Numbered from the stretch's first letter, positions 9,803 through 18,746 are shown. The stretch: 64,000 nt of DNA from Minisyncoccota bacterium (GCA_041664625.1 JBAYKK010000001.1:1956-65955), one strand, 5' to 3'. The notes: a model not told the origin generated them from the sequence alone. Numbers and translations: made by a program.

Positions 9803-9857
9803 AAGTCGCACTCCAAAGGACGGTATCGTGCGACACGATTTCGCAAAATCGCATATG
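9803..9857 (+). promoter_or_regulatory. Two-hairpin 5' leader motif, copy 2
   Basis: GTCGCAC(9805-9811)/GTGCGAC(9828-9834), then CGATTT-cgca-AAATCG, between TGnTATAAT (9783-9791) and ATG (9855). Confidence 0.7.
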
Positions 9858-10895
9858 CAAAATATCGCTCTCATAATTTTGGCAGTTGGGCTTTTGGTGG
9901 CGGTTTTTGCTTTGCTTAAAAGGAAACCCGACGAAAAATCAAACGATGGAGCTATGAAATTGCTTTTGGAACAAATGAATGAACTTTCCCGGACTATGGA
10001 TAGGAAAATGGGTGAGACTACTAAACAGGTTAACGAATCCATGAAGGACCAGTTTAGAGAATCTAGCAAACTCATCCGTGATGTGACAGAGGGTTTAACT
10101 AAGCTTGATGAGACCAACAAACAAGTTATTTCTTTTGCTGATCAACTCCAAAATTTGCAAGATATTTTGAAAAATCCCAAACAGCGGGGGATCCTCGGTG
10201 AGTATTACCTGGAAACACTACTCAAAAATGTTTTGGCACCAGCTCAATATCAAATGCAATATGCTTTTGTAAATGGTGAAATCGTGGATGCTGTGGTTTT
10301 TGTCAAAGATAAAGTTATACCGATTGATTCCAAATTTTCACTCGAGAATTATAATCGTTTGATTGGAGCCAAAGATCCAGCTGAAAAAGAACGACTAGAA
10401 AAACTTTTTATAAATGATTTGAAATTGCGTATTACTGAAACTTCAAAATACATTCGCCCAACCGAAGGTACAATGGATTTTGCTTTTATGTTTATCCCTC
10501 ACGAAGCTATTTATTATGATTTGCTTATAAATAAAATCGGAGCAGTGACAGAAGATACGGAAAATCTGATCCAAAGAGCGGCTGGCAAATATAAAGTGAT
10601 TATTGTCTCCCCGACCTCGTTTTTGGCATACCTCCAGACAGTTTTACAGGGTCTCAAAGCAATGCAAATAGAGGAGACAGCAAAAGATATAATAAAGAGA
10701 GTTGGGGAGCTTTCTGAGCACTTAAAAAAGTATGAAATGTATCATGGCAAACTCGGCAACTCATTGGAGACGGTGGTCAATCATTTCAATGCTTCTAGCA
10801 AAGAGTTTAAAAAGGTAGACAAAGATGTGGTGCGTATAACCGGTGTTTCTCAAGCTTTTGAAGTCCCTATTTTGGACAAGCCAGATATAGAATAA
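9855..10895 (+). CDS. rmuC: DNA recombination protein RmuC
   Basis: N-terminal TM segment and coiled coil; KQRGILGEYYLE, IDSKF, DFAFMFIP, VSPT. Confidence 0.9.
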   Translation: MQNIALIILAVGLLVAVFALLKRKPDEKSNDGAMKLLLEQMNELSRTMDRKMGETTKQVNESMKDQFRESSKLIRDVTEGLTKLDETNKQVISFADQLQNLQDILKNPKQRGILGEYYLETLLKNVLAPAQYQMQYAFVNGEIVDAVVFVKDKVIPIDSKFSLENYNRLIGAKDPAEKERLEKLFINDLKLRITETSKYIRPTEGTMDFAFMFIPHEAIYYDLLINKIGAVTEDTENLIQRAAGKYKVIIVSPTSFLAYLQTVLQGLKAMQIEETAKDIIKRVGELSEHLKKYEMYHGKLGNSLETVVNHFNASSKEFKKVDKDVVRITGVSQAFEVPILDKPDIE

Positions 10896-10896
10896 T

Positions 10897-11044
10897 GCCA
10901 AAGTTAAAAACCTTCTCGCTTAGCCGTCGCATAATTTCTGCCTGCCCGCCATCGCTATGCTCAAGCATTGCAGGTGGGCTGAAATTTGCTATGCTCGGCA
11001 CGTTTGCCTACGCATAGGCACGCGATAAGCTTTTTGACTTTGGC
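10897..11044. repeat. MITE-like multibranch palindrome with nested REP-like unit
   Basis: Terminal GCCAAAGTTAAAAA / TTTTTGACTTTGGC, inner stems, nested CCTGCCCGCC...GCAGGTGGG at about 10940-10979. Confidence 0.6.
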
Positions 11045-11086
11045 CTGTTGCAATATTTTGTCAAATCCTGTAAAGTAGTATGCGTT

Positions 11087-11527
11087 ATGCCAGTAGCCAA
11101 AAAAACCACAAAAAAAGAGGTAAAAACCACCCCAAAGGCTCCTTCTGCCCCCGCTAAAGCTATGGCGGACAAGAAGGTTGTAAAAGCTGAAAAAGTCGTC
11201 CCAAATGGCAGTTTTGCCGTTGTGGAGACTGGTGGTAAGCAATACCGAGTGGCTGTTGGCGAAACTATCAAAGTTGAAGCTATAAATGGGGAATTGAAAG
11301 AGGGAGATGCTGTAGTTTTTGATAAAGTCCTTTTGATTGACAATGGCACCGATTCTACTGACATTGGTACTCCTTATATCGCTGGTGCCAAAGTGACTGG
11401 TACTCTAGTTGAAATTGGCCGTAATGCTAAAGTCATCGTCATCAAATACAAACAAAAATCTCGTTATTTCAAGAAAAATGGCCATCGCCAACCTTTCTTT
11501 GCTGTCCGTATTGATAAAATTTCTTAA
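11087..11527 (+). CDS. rplU: 50S ribosomal protein L21 with N-terminal extension
   Basis: FAVVETGGKQYRV, GTPYI, GHRQPF. Confidence 0.95.
   Translation: MPVAKKTTKKEVKTTPKAPSAPAKAMADKKVVKAEKVVPNGSFAVVETGGKQYRVAVGETIKVEAINGELKEGDAVVFDKVLLIDNGTDSTDIGTPYIAGAKVTGTLVEIGRNAKVIVIKYKQKSRYFKKNGHRQPFFAVRIDKIS
11147..11173 (+). repeat. Family B palindrome in frame within rplU (APAKAMADK)
   Basis: GCCCCCGCTAAAGCTATGGCGGACAAG matches the reverse complement of 59248-59273. Confidence 0.7.
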
Positions 11528-11546
11528 TTAAAAACGCAATCTCAAA

Positions 11547-11664
11547 ACCTAACCCCCTTAATCCCCCTTATCTTAAGGGGGAAACCACGCAACATAAATA
11601 AACCATTGAGTAATAAACAGTAGTCACCCTCTCCTTAATATAAGGAGAGGGAAGGGGTGAGGTT
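11547..11664. repeat. Inverted pair of family A palindromes (REPIN-like doublet)
   Basis: ACCTAACCCCC..TCCCCCTTA-tct-TAAGGGGGA and CCCTCTCCTTA-ata-TAAGGAGAGGG-AAGGGGTGAGGT. Confidence 0.75.
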
Positions 11665-11681
11665 AGAAAAAAATTTGAAAA

Positions 11682-12254
11682 TTAACTAAAGAAGAAATCT
11701 TTAAATTGGAAGAGAATAGAAAATATAATAAAGACATACCAGATTATCAAAATCTGGATGTGATTTTTTGATACGAAACGGAAGAAAGATGGCCAAAAAG
11801 TGAAATGATTTTCTCTAAAATTCCAAACAGTGGTGTAAAGCAAAAGTGGCCAAGTGACAGCCCAAACTATCATACAATAAATACAAAGTGAGCCAATGCG
11901 GTAAACGCTTTCAAAGAAAAACCACATCACGAAAACCATAGCAGCAAGTGTGCCCAAATTAACCAAAAGCCAAAGTGGTTTGCGAGATCTTCCACCAGAC
12001 AAAAGCATCACACCTATCGCTAAAAGCATAGCAAAAGCTACTATTCCCAAAAGCGAATTTGGGAAGCCAAATACTTCGGCCTGCCAAGTGGTAGCCACAC
12101 TAGTGCAACTAACAAAAGGATTTATATTGCAGGGGAGCTCAACTCCCGGGTTTTTTATAAGTTCAAAAGTATCTACGGTCAAAATAAAGGAGGCCAAAAG
12201 GCCGATGATACTCCCAACTATTAATATGTAAGAAAATGATTTTTGAATTGCCAT
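11682..12254 (-). CDS. Vitamin K epoxide reductase (VKOR) family protein
   Basis: C..NPFVSC..V, FGFPNSLLG, CIYC. Confidence 0.9.
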   Translation of the reverse strand: MAIQKSFSYILIVGSIIGLLASFILTVDTFELIKNPGVELPCNINPFVSCTSVATTWQAEVFGFPNSLLGIVAFAMLLAIGVMLLSGGRSRKPLWLLVNLGTLAAMVFVMWFFFESVYRIGSLCIYCMIVWAVTWPLLLYTTVWNFRENHFTFWPSFFRFVSKNHIQILIIWYVFIIFSILFQFKDFFFS

Positions 12255-12358
12255 ATTATTGGTGTTGTTTTTTTTAAGAAAACTTTCTGGAAAAAAGTCT
12301 GGCCTGTGCAACAAGGAGGTCCGAGGACTTTTTAGAAGAAACGTTTTTTGAAAAAATA

Positions 12359-13027
12359 TTAACTTCTGTTCCGGAGTGCATTTTTCATCGTCTCTGGATC
12401 AGTATACTCCAATTCGGTGCCCATAGAAAGACCTTTGCCCAAGTGCGAAATTTTGATTTTATTTTTTTCTAGGATTGGTTTTAAAAATTTGGCGACGTAA
12501 TCTCCTGTGTTTTCGCCTTCTGGGTTCCAATTGACGCCCAAAATAATCTCTTTAAGTCCAGAATAATGTTCCTCTCCTCGCCCCCCTCTTAAGGTAAGAG
12601 GGGGGTTGGGGGGTGATATTCTTTTTTCAATAAAACTTTTAAGTTCTTTGATGCGGATTCTTTTTTCCGGTTCTTTTTCTAATATCGGCACTGAACCACC
12701 AAGCACAAAATAAATGCCATTGAAACTGCCGTTTTTTTCTACTGATTCCAGATCGATATCTCTTTGTACCAACATCAAGACAGATTGGTCTCTAGTCTGA
12801 TCAGAGCAAATTTTGCAAAAGTGGCCATTATTGTTTTTGGATTCAAAAAATCTATGACAATCTTCACAAATCATCACATCATTTTTTAAATCTTTTATGT
12901 TTTGAGAAAGTTCTCTCAAAGTGCTATCGGTCCGGGTCAAAAGATAGTAGACAAACCGCCGAGCTTGCCGTGGGCCAATACCTGGGAATTGGGAAAATAT
13001 TTGAATGAGTTTTTCTATTGAGTTCAT
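12359..13027 (-). CDS. recR: Recombination mediator RecR (carries in-frame palindrome insert)
   Basis: PGIGPRQARR, C4 zinc finger, Toprim, NPEGENT, GTELEY. Confidence 0.9.
   Translation of the reverse strand: MNSIEKLIQIFSQFPGIGPRQARRFVYYLLTRTDSTLRELSQNIKDLKNDVMICEDCHRFFESKNNNGHFCKICSDQTRDQSVLMLVQRDIDLESVEKNGSFNGIYFVLGGSVPILEKEPEKRIRIKELKSFIEKRISPPNPPLTLRGGRGEEHYSGLKEIILGVNWNPEGENTGDYVAKFLKPILEKNKIKISHLGKGLSMGTELEYTDPETMKNALRNRS
12571..12616 (-). repeat. Family A palindrome in frame within recR (SPPNPPLTLRGGRGE)
   Basis: Minus strand TCACCCCCCAA-CCCCCCTCTTA-cct-TAAGAGGGGGG. Confidence 0.75.
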
Positions 13028-13048
13028 ATATACGAAATAACGAATGGA

Positions 13049-13456
13049 TTACGAATGGCTACGAATAAGTTCACAAAATTTTTCCTTAGCTTCATGAGCA
13101 GAGCTTACAATATAGCCCGCTTTCTTCACAAATTCAATTGACCATTTTGGGTTCCTATTTTCCTGCCAAATAATAATAAGTTTATTGCAAAAATCACCTG
13201 GGTTTTTAACATTATTGGTGTAAAAATAGCCAATTTCAATCCAAGTGGCTTCTGAGGGGGCCATTCCTGGGTTTGCTATCATATAGTCACTGGATTTTAT
13301 CCCTTTTAAATCATCGGGAAAAAATGTATCTGGGGATGTTTGATCTGAATGTATTTCCCAGTCAAAGAAGTCACAATCGTTAATATTTTGGAAAATCTTT
13401 TTCCAGTTATTATCGTGCTCATTTGATTGTCCGGCTAAATATGCTTTTATTTTCAT
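13049..13456 (-). CDS. Nucleoside 2-deoxyribosyltransferase-like protein
   Basis: AYLAG N-terminus, DDLKGIKSSD, TWIEIGY. Confidence 0.6.
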   Translation of the reverse strand: MKIKAYLAGQSNEHDNNWKKIFQNINDCDFFDWEIHSDQTSPDTFFPDDLKGIKSSDYMIANPGMAPSEATWIEIGYFYTNNVKNPGDFCNKLIIIWQENRNPKWSIEFVKKAGYIVSSAHEAKEKFCELIRSHS

Positions 13457-13460
13457 GTAA

Positions 13461-13838
13461 TTAATCTGAATCTATTTTTAGAACTCTTATTGGTCTTAAA
13501 TGTAAAGTTCTAAAATTTACCAATAATCCTAATTTTTTGTTGGTTTGTTGGAGATAGTTTTGCAGTTGGCGATAATATTCTTTGTTAATTTCTCTGACCG
13601 ATTTTAACTCTAAAATTATTTTATCTTCAACTAAAAAATCCAAAACATTTCCGGTATTCCCAATCGCAAGCTCACGATTATATAAAATATTTTTCTCTTT
13701 AAAGTGTTTCTCAATTAAATCCGCATATTGTTTTTCTCTGGCATATTCTCCTAATTCTTTATGTACTTCAAAAAGTATACCCACAATAATATAAGAAAGT
13801 TCAGGATAAATAACTTTTGGACTCACTTTTTGTTCCAT
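13461..13838 (-). CDS. GxxExxY family PD-(D/E)xK-like nuclease
   Basis: [15 protein letters not shown]...[29 protein letters not shown]. Confidence 0.85.
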   Translation of the reverse strand: MEQKVSPKVIYPELSYIIVGILFEVHKELGEYAREKQYADLIEKHFKEKNILYNRELAIGNTGNVLDFLVEDKIILELKSVREINKEYYRQLQNYLQQTNKKLGLLVNFRTLHLRPIRVLKIDSD

Positions 13839-13898
13839 ATTTCTATTCGTTATTTCTTATATTCGTAGCCATTCGTTGTAAATTCGTTACTTCGTATT

Positions 13899-15275
13899 TT
13901 AAAATTCGCGGAATTCGCCTTCGGCACCACTAAACTGAGCTTTTTCAAGTGGTAAAAACATAACCTTCTTTTCATCAAAGAAGAGGTCAACTTTGCCAGT
14001 GGCACCGTTTCTGTGTTTTTCAATAAGTATTTCGGCGATGTTGGTTTTTTCGGCGTCGTTGCTACCTTTGGCTTTGTCTTCGCGGTGTATAAACATAACC
14101 ACATCGGCGTCTTGTTCGATTGAACCTGAATCACGTAAGTCGGAGAGTTTGGGTCTACCACCACGCTGTTCAATGGCACGAGAAAGCTGAGAGAGAGCAA
14201 TGACTGGTACTTCAAGTTCGCGAGCCAAATTTTTGAGGGAACGAGAAATCTCGGTGACTTGGTTAACCATCGAATCATAATTTTTGGTGGTCACCATGAG
14301 TTGTAAGTAGTCCACGATGATAAGCCCCAAACCTTTTTCATTTTTGAGTCGTCTGGCGACTGAGCGCATTTTCAAAATGTTGTTGCCAGGCTGATCATCT
14401 ATGAAAATCGGAGCTTTGGAAAGCACATCTAAAGATTGGCGTATAGAGGCGAAGTCATCTTCGCGATTAAGTCTACCGGTACGCAATTTCCAAGCATCTA
14501 CGTTGGATTGGGAAGCGAGCATACGATCTACTAATTGTTGGGAGCTCATTTCTAAAGAAAATATACCGACTGGGACATTGTGATTGACCGCGGCTTGGCG
14601 AGCGATATCTAGAGCAAGCGCGGTTTTACCAACTGATGGTCTGGCTGCCAAAATAATGAGATCGGATTTTTGGAAACCAGAAAGTTTGTCATCTAATTCT
14701 TTGAAACCGCTGGGTACTCCACGTAGACCGTCTCCAGAATTGTGCATTTTATCAAGTCTTTCCCACGCTTCGGCCAACTCATCTTTCATTTCTACAAATT
14801 TGTGGATACTGGCGATGTTGGTCACATCATATATTTTTTTCTGAGCTTGATCCAAAAGTTCTTCCAATTCTTCGGCTTCGTCATAACCCAACGAGGAAAT
14901 GAAATCGGCTGCCGCAATCAGATTGCGAGCGATATGTTTTTTTTGGATTATTTGCGCGTAGTAGGTGGCATTGGCAGCTGAAGGTACCGAATTGATAACC
15001 TCTCCCAAATAAGTGTTACCACCGATTTCTTCCAAAATGTTTTTTTCTTTTAACCGAGCTGATACGGTGAGCAAATCAGTCGGACTCCTTTTGCTGAAAA
15101 GTTCGAGCATGGTCTCAAAAATCAAACGGTGCTTTTCAGAATAAAAAGAGGCACAGTGGGCTAAATCAGTAATTTCAAACATTACTTCTGGTCTGAGCAT
15201 CACCGAACCGAGGAGAGCCTTTTCGGCTTCGGTGTTGTTGGGTGGGATTCGCAGATGAGTTTTTTTGACTTCCAT
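13899..15275 (-). CDS. dnaB: Replicative DNA helicase
   Basis: ARPSVGKT, SLEMS, VDYLQL, LSQLSR, DLRDSGSIEQDAD. Confidence 0.97.
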   Translation of the reverse strand: MEVKKTHLRIPPNNTEAEKALLGSVMLRPEVMFEITDLAHCASFYSEKHRLIFETMLELFSKRSPTDLLTVSARLKEKNILEEIGGNTYLGEVINSVPSAANATYYAQIIQKKHIARNLIAAADFISSLGYDEAEELEELLDQAQKKIYDVTNIASIHKFVEMKDELAEAWERLDKMHNSGDGLRGVPSGFKELDDKLSGFQKSDLIILAARPSVGKTALALDIARQAAVNHNVPVGIFSLEMSSQQLVDRMLASQSNVDAWKLRTGRLNREDDFASIRQSLDVLSKAPIFIDDQPGNNILKMRSVARRLKNEKGLGLIIVDYLQLMVTTKNYDSMVNQVTEISRSLKNLARELEVPVIALSQLSRAIEQRGGRPKLSDLRDSGSIEQDADVVMFIHREDKAKGSNDAEKTNIAEILIEKHRNGATGKVDLFFDEKKVMFLPLEKAQFSGAEGEFREF

Positions 15276-15376
15276 GCCCACATCATATATCAAGTTTCAA
15301 AGACTTCAAATTAAATTTATCAAAAAATTGTGATTAAAAAGGGGATAAGCATTTTTATGTTATAATGTATCTAATT

Positions 15377-16285
15377 ATGGTTTCAGTTTATAATCAACAA
15401 AGCTCAAATACAGCCAAAACCTATCTTTTAATGGGTTTATTTTTGGTGGTAGTGGGGGCTTTGGGTTACTTCGTTTCTTTTTATTACAACAATCCGGGCA
15501 TTTTTTATATCGCTATTATTTTTAGTTTATTTATGAATGTGGCTAGTTTTTGGTGGTCTGACAAAATAGTTTTGTCGATTTCCAAAGCCAAACCAGCAAG
15601 CAGATCAGAGTTTTTTGATCTTTATACGGTGACCGAAAATTTGGCCATCACCGCCGGCTTGCCTCTGCCCAAAATTTATGTGATTGACGATCCAGCACCC
15701 AATGCCTTTGCGACTGGGCGAGACAAAGAGCATGCGGTGGTAGCAGTCACTACTGGCCTTTTATCAAAATTAGAAAGATCCGAGTTGGAAGGTGTGATCG
15801 CTCATGAACTTTCTCATATTGGCAACAAAGATATTTTGCTTATGAGTGCAGTGGTGGTGCTCGTCGGTTTCGTTTCTATTATCTCGGATATGTTTTTGCG
15901 AGGTATGATTTTTGGCTCGCCTTCGCGGGGCTTCGGCGGAGTAAACGGCGATAGAGAAAATAATAATGGTGGGATATTGGCAATTGTTGGTATCGTATTG
16001 GTAGTACTTTCGCCGGTTATCGCTACTTTGATAAAATTGGCCATCTCTCGCCGGCGCGAATTTTTGGCTGATGCTTCGGGGGCTTTGCTTACTAGATACC
16101 CCGAAGGTTTAGCTTCCGCTCTTGAAAAAATTTCTTCATACAATCAGCCTATGAAAGTTTCAAGCACTGCTACCGCTCATCTTTTTATTGCTAATCCTTT
16201 TGGTTCTGGTACCAAATCGATCTCAAATCTTTTTGCTACTCATCCACCGATAGCTGAGCGTATCAAAATTTTGCGTAGTATGTAG
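15377..16285 (+). CDS. htpX: Zinc metalloprotease HtpX (M48)
   Basis: PNAFATG, HELSH, SRRREFLAD, THPP. Confidence 0.95.
   Translation: MVSVYNQQSSNTAKTYLLMGLFLVVVGALGYFVSFYYNNPGIFYIAIIFSLFMNVASFWWSDKIVLSISKAKPASRSEFFDLYTVTENLAITAGLPLPKIYVIDDPAPNAFATGRDKEHAVVAVTTGLLSKLERSELEGVIAHELSHIGNKDILLMSAVVVLVGFVSIISDMFLRGMIFGSPSRGFGGVNGDRENNNGGILAIVGIVLVVLSPVIATLIKLAISRRREFLADASGALLTRYPEGLASALEKISSYNQPMKVSSTATAHLFIANPFGSGTKSISNLFATHPPIAERIKILRSM
15918..15941 (+). repeat. Family B-like palindrome in frame within htpX (SPSRGFGGV)
   Basis: CGCCTTCGCGGGGCTTCGGCGGAG, a GC-rich spot in an AT-rich gene. Confidence 0.55.
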
Positions 16286-16353
16286 TTGTTGTGAACAGAT
16301 ATAATTAGACATTTTTTTCTTTCATAATATACTCCATATTAGAGGTGCGTCTG

Positions 16354-16563
16354 ATGAGTGGCCAAACTGGTCTTCACTCTGAAGAGTATCAAATGATTCA
16401 CGGTTTTGGTCAGGTTCTGGGCCAAACCATCAACGATTGCCCGAAACATGGGAAGGCCATTTTTGTTCTTCTTGGAGATAAGACTAAGGATGGGAATGGA
16501 ACAAAAAAGATCTGCGAGAAGTGTTTGCTTCAGAGCAAAATCAACTCGTATAGGGATGATTAA
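16354..16563 (+). CDS. Small orphan protein, possible zinc ribbon (CPKH...CEKC)
   Basis: TAGACA-16-TATACT promoter, GAGGT RBS, hairpin AAGGAGAGC-ccgc-GCTCTCCTT after the stop. Confidence 0.5.
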   Translation: MSGQTGLHSEEYQMIHGFGQVLGQTINDCPKHGKAIFVLLGDKTKDGNGTKKICEKCLLQSKINSYRDD

Positions 16564-16674
16564 GGAGAGCCCGCGCTCTCCTTATCTGCTATATATTTTC
16601 AAAAATGGTTTTTAGTGTCTAGTTGCTCAGATTAATTCTTGTTTTAAATAAATCACTTGCTATAATAGCGAGTG

Positions 16675-17100
16675 ATGAATCTAAAAGAATTAAAATTAGC
16701 AGGTGGGCTTATTTATATGTGTGAAGGAACTAAACTTCGCCAAGATCTGCGTTATAAAAATACTTTTATATATGCGATAGAGTTTACTAATTCTAATCCT
16801 AAATTGGTTTTTTTGTTCGTTAAATTTATGAAAAAGATTTTGAATATTGAACCAAATAAAATTAAAGGCCAACTTTTTATTTATCCAGATTTAGATAAGA
16901 AAAAAGTTATGGATATATGGAGCAGTCGGACGGGTGTGCCCATTGAACAATTTCAAAAAATCATTATGCTTAAGGCGAAGGTTTCAAAATTTAAACATAA
17001 CCCATTAGGTACGTTTAAAGTGAGGTATTCGAGTAAAGAAAAATTTTTGAAGCTTCAGGAAATAATGGATAGTATTTGGAGAGATGCGAGAGTGGTTTAA
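16675..17100 (+). CDS. LAGLIDADG-like protein overlapping the 5' end of tRNA-Ser
   Basis: LAGGLIYMCEG helix, IEFTNSNPKLV..F; last codons WRDARVV* come from tRNA sequence; TATAAT at 16661. Confidence 0.6.
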   Translation: MNLKELKLAGGLIYMCEGTKLRQDLRYKNTFIYAIEFTNSNPKLVFLFVKFMKKILNIEPNKIKGQLFIYPDLDKKKVMDIWSSRTGVPIEQFQKIIMLKAKVSKFKHNPLGTFKVRYSSKEKFLKLQEIMDSIWRDARVV

Positions 17101-17162
17101 TCGGCAGACCTGGAAAGTCTGTGTGGGGCAACTCACCAAGGGTTCGAATCCCTTTCTCTCCG
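17078..17162 (+). tRNA. tRNA-Ser(GGA)
   Basis: GGAGAGA/TCTCTCC acceptor, CAGAC-ctGGAaa-GTCTG anticodon arm, long variable arm, AAGGG-TTCGAAT-CCCTT; CCA not encoded. Confidence 0.95.
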
Positions 17163-17234
17163 CATTGACAATTTAGTATCGGTGTGTCCCGATTACTTGA
17201 GAGTAATCTGCGACCGGAATACTATAAAAAGTTG

Positions 17235-17269
17235 AACAAAAAATACGAGAGCTATTCGTATTTTTTGTT
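17235..17269. terminator. Bidirectional terminator between tRNA and recombinase
   Basis: AACAAAAAATACGA-gagctat-TCGTATTTTTTGTT. Confidence 0.75.
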
Positions 17270-17275
17270 TTCCTA

Positions 17276-18604
17276 CTAAGCTATCAGAGTTATCTTTTTA
17301 TCCTTATACTCCAACCTGCTTCTGAGATTAGCCAGCAGTTCTCTTTTCTCGCTCGTGCTCCCTTCCTTGAGGAGATACTTGGCGTAATTCCTAATGTCGG
17401 TATCGTAGTTAGTTTGCGTTTTTTCTTTGGCTCCAAGCACAGATCGCTGGAAAATATTGTATCTTTTAATCTCTTCTTCCAACTTATGTTGCATCCCAAG
17501 CTCATTGAGATTCACTTGGTCTATGATTTTAAGAAGCCCGTCAATCAGTTCTTCCTCCCTAATATATTTATTCTTGCAATTCCGGTCTCTAGCTCGGCTA
17601 CACCCGTAGTATATGTAGTGAGCCGAAGTACCATCTTTAAGCGGCTTCCATTTTTCTTCAGCTGATATGCCAGACTGGCAGTACCCACAGGTGAAAAGCT
17701 TGGTAAAGGCAAACTCTTTGTTTTCTCTCACTATCTGATCCCGCTTAAGTTGAGCTTGGGTTTTTTCAAAAAGTTCCTGAGTAATTAACGGCTGGTGCTT
17801 GCCTTGGTACCAGTTTCCAGACTTGGTTGGATACTCAAATGGGCCGTAGTAGAAGGTATTTTGCAGTACTCGGTATACTCCACTTAACGTCAGGGGTTTA
17901 TTCCCCCGGGTATGGAAATTCAGTTCAAATTTCATCCAGTTGTAAATCCTTCTGCCAGAATATTGCTCGTACGCCACCTTCTCAAACATCTTTTTTATTA
18001 TCGGAGCTCTCGCAGGATCAACTAACAACACGCACTTCCTATCCATCATTTTTTGGGTTAAATATCCAAGTGGTGCTTGAGTTGGCCAGAGACCCATCTC
18101 TACTCTAGTTCGCAAACCTCTTTTTACATTGATGCCTCGGTTATCGTTTTCTAGTTTTGCCTGACTGCCTAAAATCATCAGGAGGAATTTTTCATTAGGG
18201 TTATTTGAAAACTTCTGACTATATGTGCGTATTTCCACCAAAAGTTTGGCATCCATGAGGTCTACGATTTTTCCCAAGTCCCCGGCATTCCTTGAAATTC
18301 TGTCCGATGCCCAGGTTAATATTCCATTATATTTTTCTTTCCTAATATCATCGATTATTTCATTAAAGACCACTCTTGTACCGGTCTCTTTTGCAGAGTG
18401 ACTTTCTCTCTTAATTTCTACCACCTCCAACCCTTCCTTTTCAGCCAGTTGAAGCATCTCCTTCACCTGACTATCAATGCTCAAAACTTGCCTCTCCTCG
18501 GACTCGGTACTCTTCCTAGCATAGAGGCAGTATTTGACCGGAACCACCACTTCTTCTTTTTTCTTGAAATCTATAATCGAACTTCTTATTTGTGTTTCTT
18601 GCAT
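17276..18604 (-). CDS. Large serine recombinase
   Basis: YARKS catalytic motif, DRISRN, recombinase domain (N.FYYG, GKHQPLI), CGYC...C...C zinc ribbon. Confidence 0.92.
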   Translation of the reverse strand: MQETQIRSSIIDFKKKEEVVVPVKYCLYARKSTESEERQVLSIDSQVKEMLQLAEKEGLEVVEIKRESHSAKETGTRVVFNEIIDDIRKEKYNGILTWASDRISRNAGDLGKIVDLMDAKLLVEIRTYSQKFSNNPNEKFLLMILGSQAKLENDNRGINVKRGLRTRVEMGLWPTQAPLGYLTQKMMDRKCVLLVDPARAPIIKKMFEKVAYEQYSGRRIYNWMKFELNFHTRGNKPLTLSGVYRVLQNTFYYGPFEYPTKSGNWYQGKHQPLITQELFEKTQAQLKRDQIVRENKEFAFTKLFTCGYCQSGISAEEKWKPLKDGTSAHYIYYGCSRARDRNCKNKYIREEELIDGLLKIIDQVNLNELGMQHKLEEEIKRYNIFQRSVLGAKEKTQTNYDTDIRNYAKYLLKEGSTSEKRELLANLRSRLEYKDKKITLIA

Positions 18605-18746
18605 AATATTTAAATTAGCTTGTATACATACAGAGATGACGCTTTTCGCCCTATGTGTCCAGAGCGTCCCGAGAGCTAACTGTTGGTAACTTTAGCCCCT
18701 AAATTCTTTACTAAAGCCAACAATTATCTTAATATTAAGTACCGTT

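Larger units (their letters stand above)
13031..13896. mobile_element. GxxExxY cassette bounded by inverted ACGAA(T) arrays
   Basis: Left array 13031-13067 and right array 13844-13896 in opposite orientation; ACGAATGGCTACGAATA is identical at 13051-13067 and (rc) 13860-13876. Confidence 0.6.

Noticed and set aside
13899-15275. Intein in dnaB
   Set aside because: Normal length and continuous motifs.
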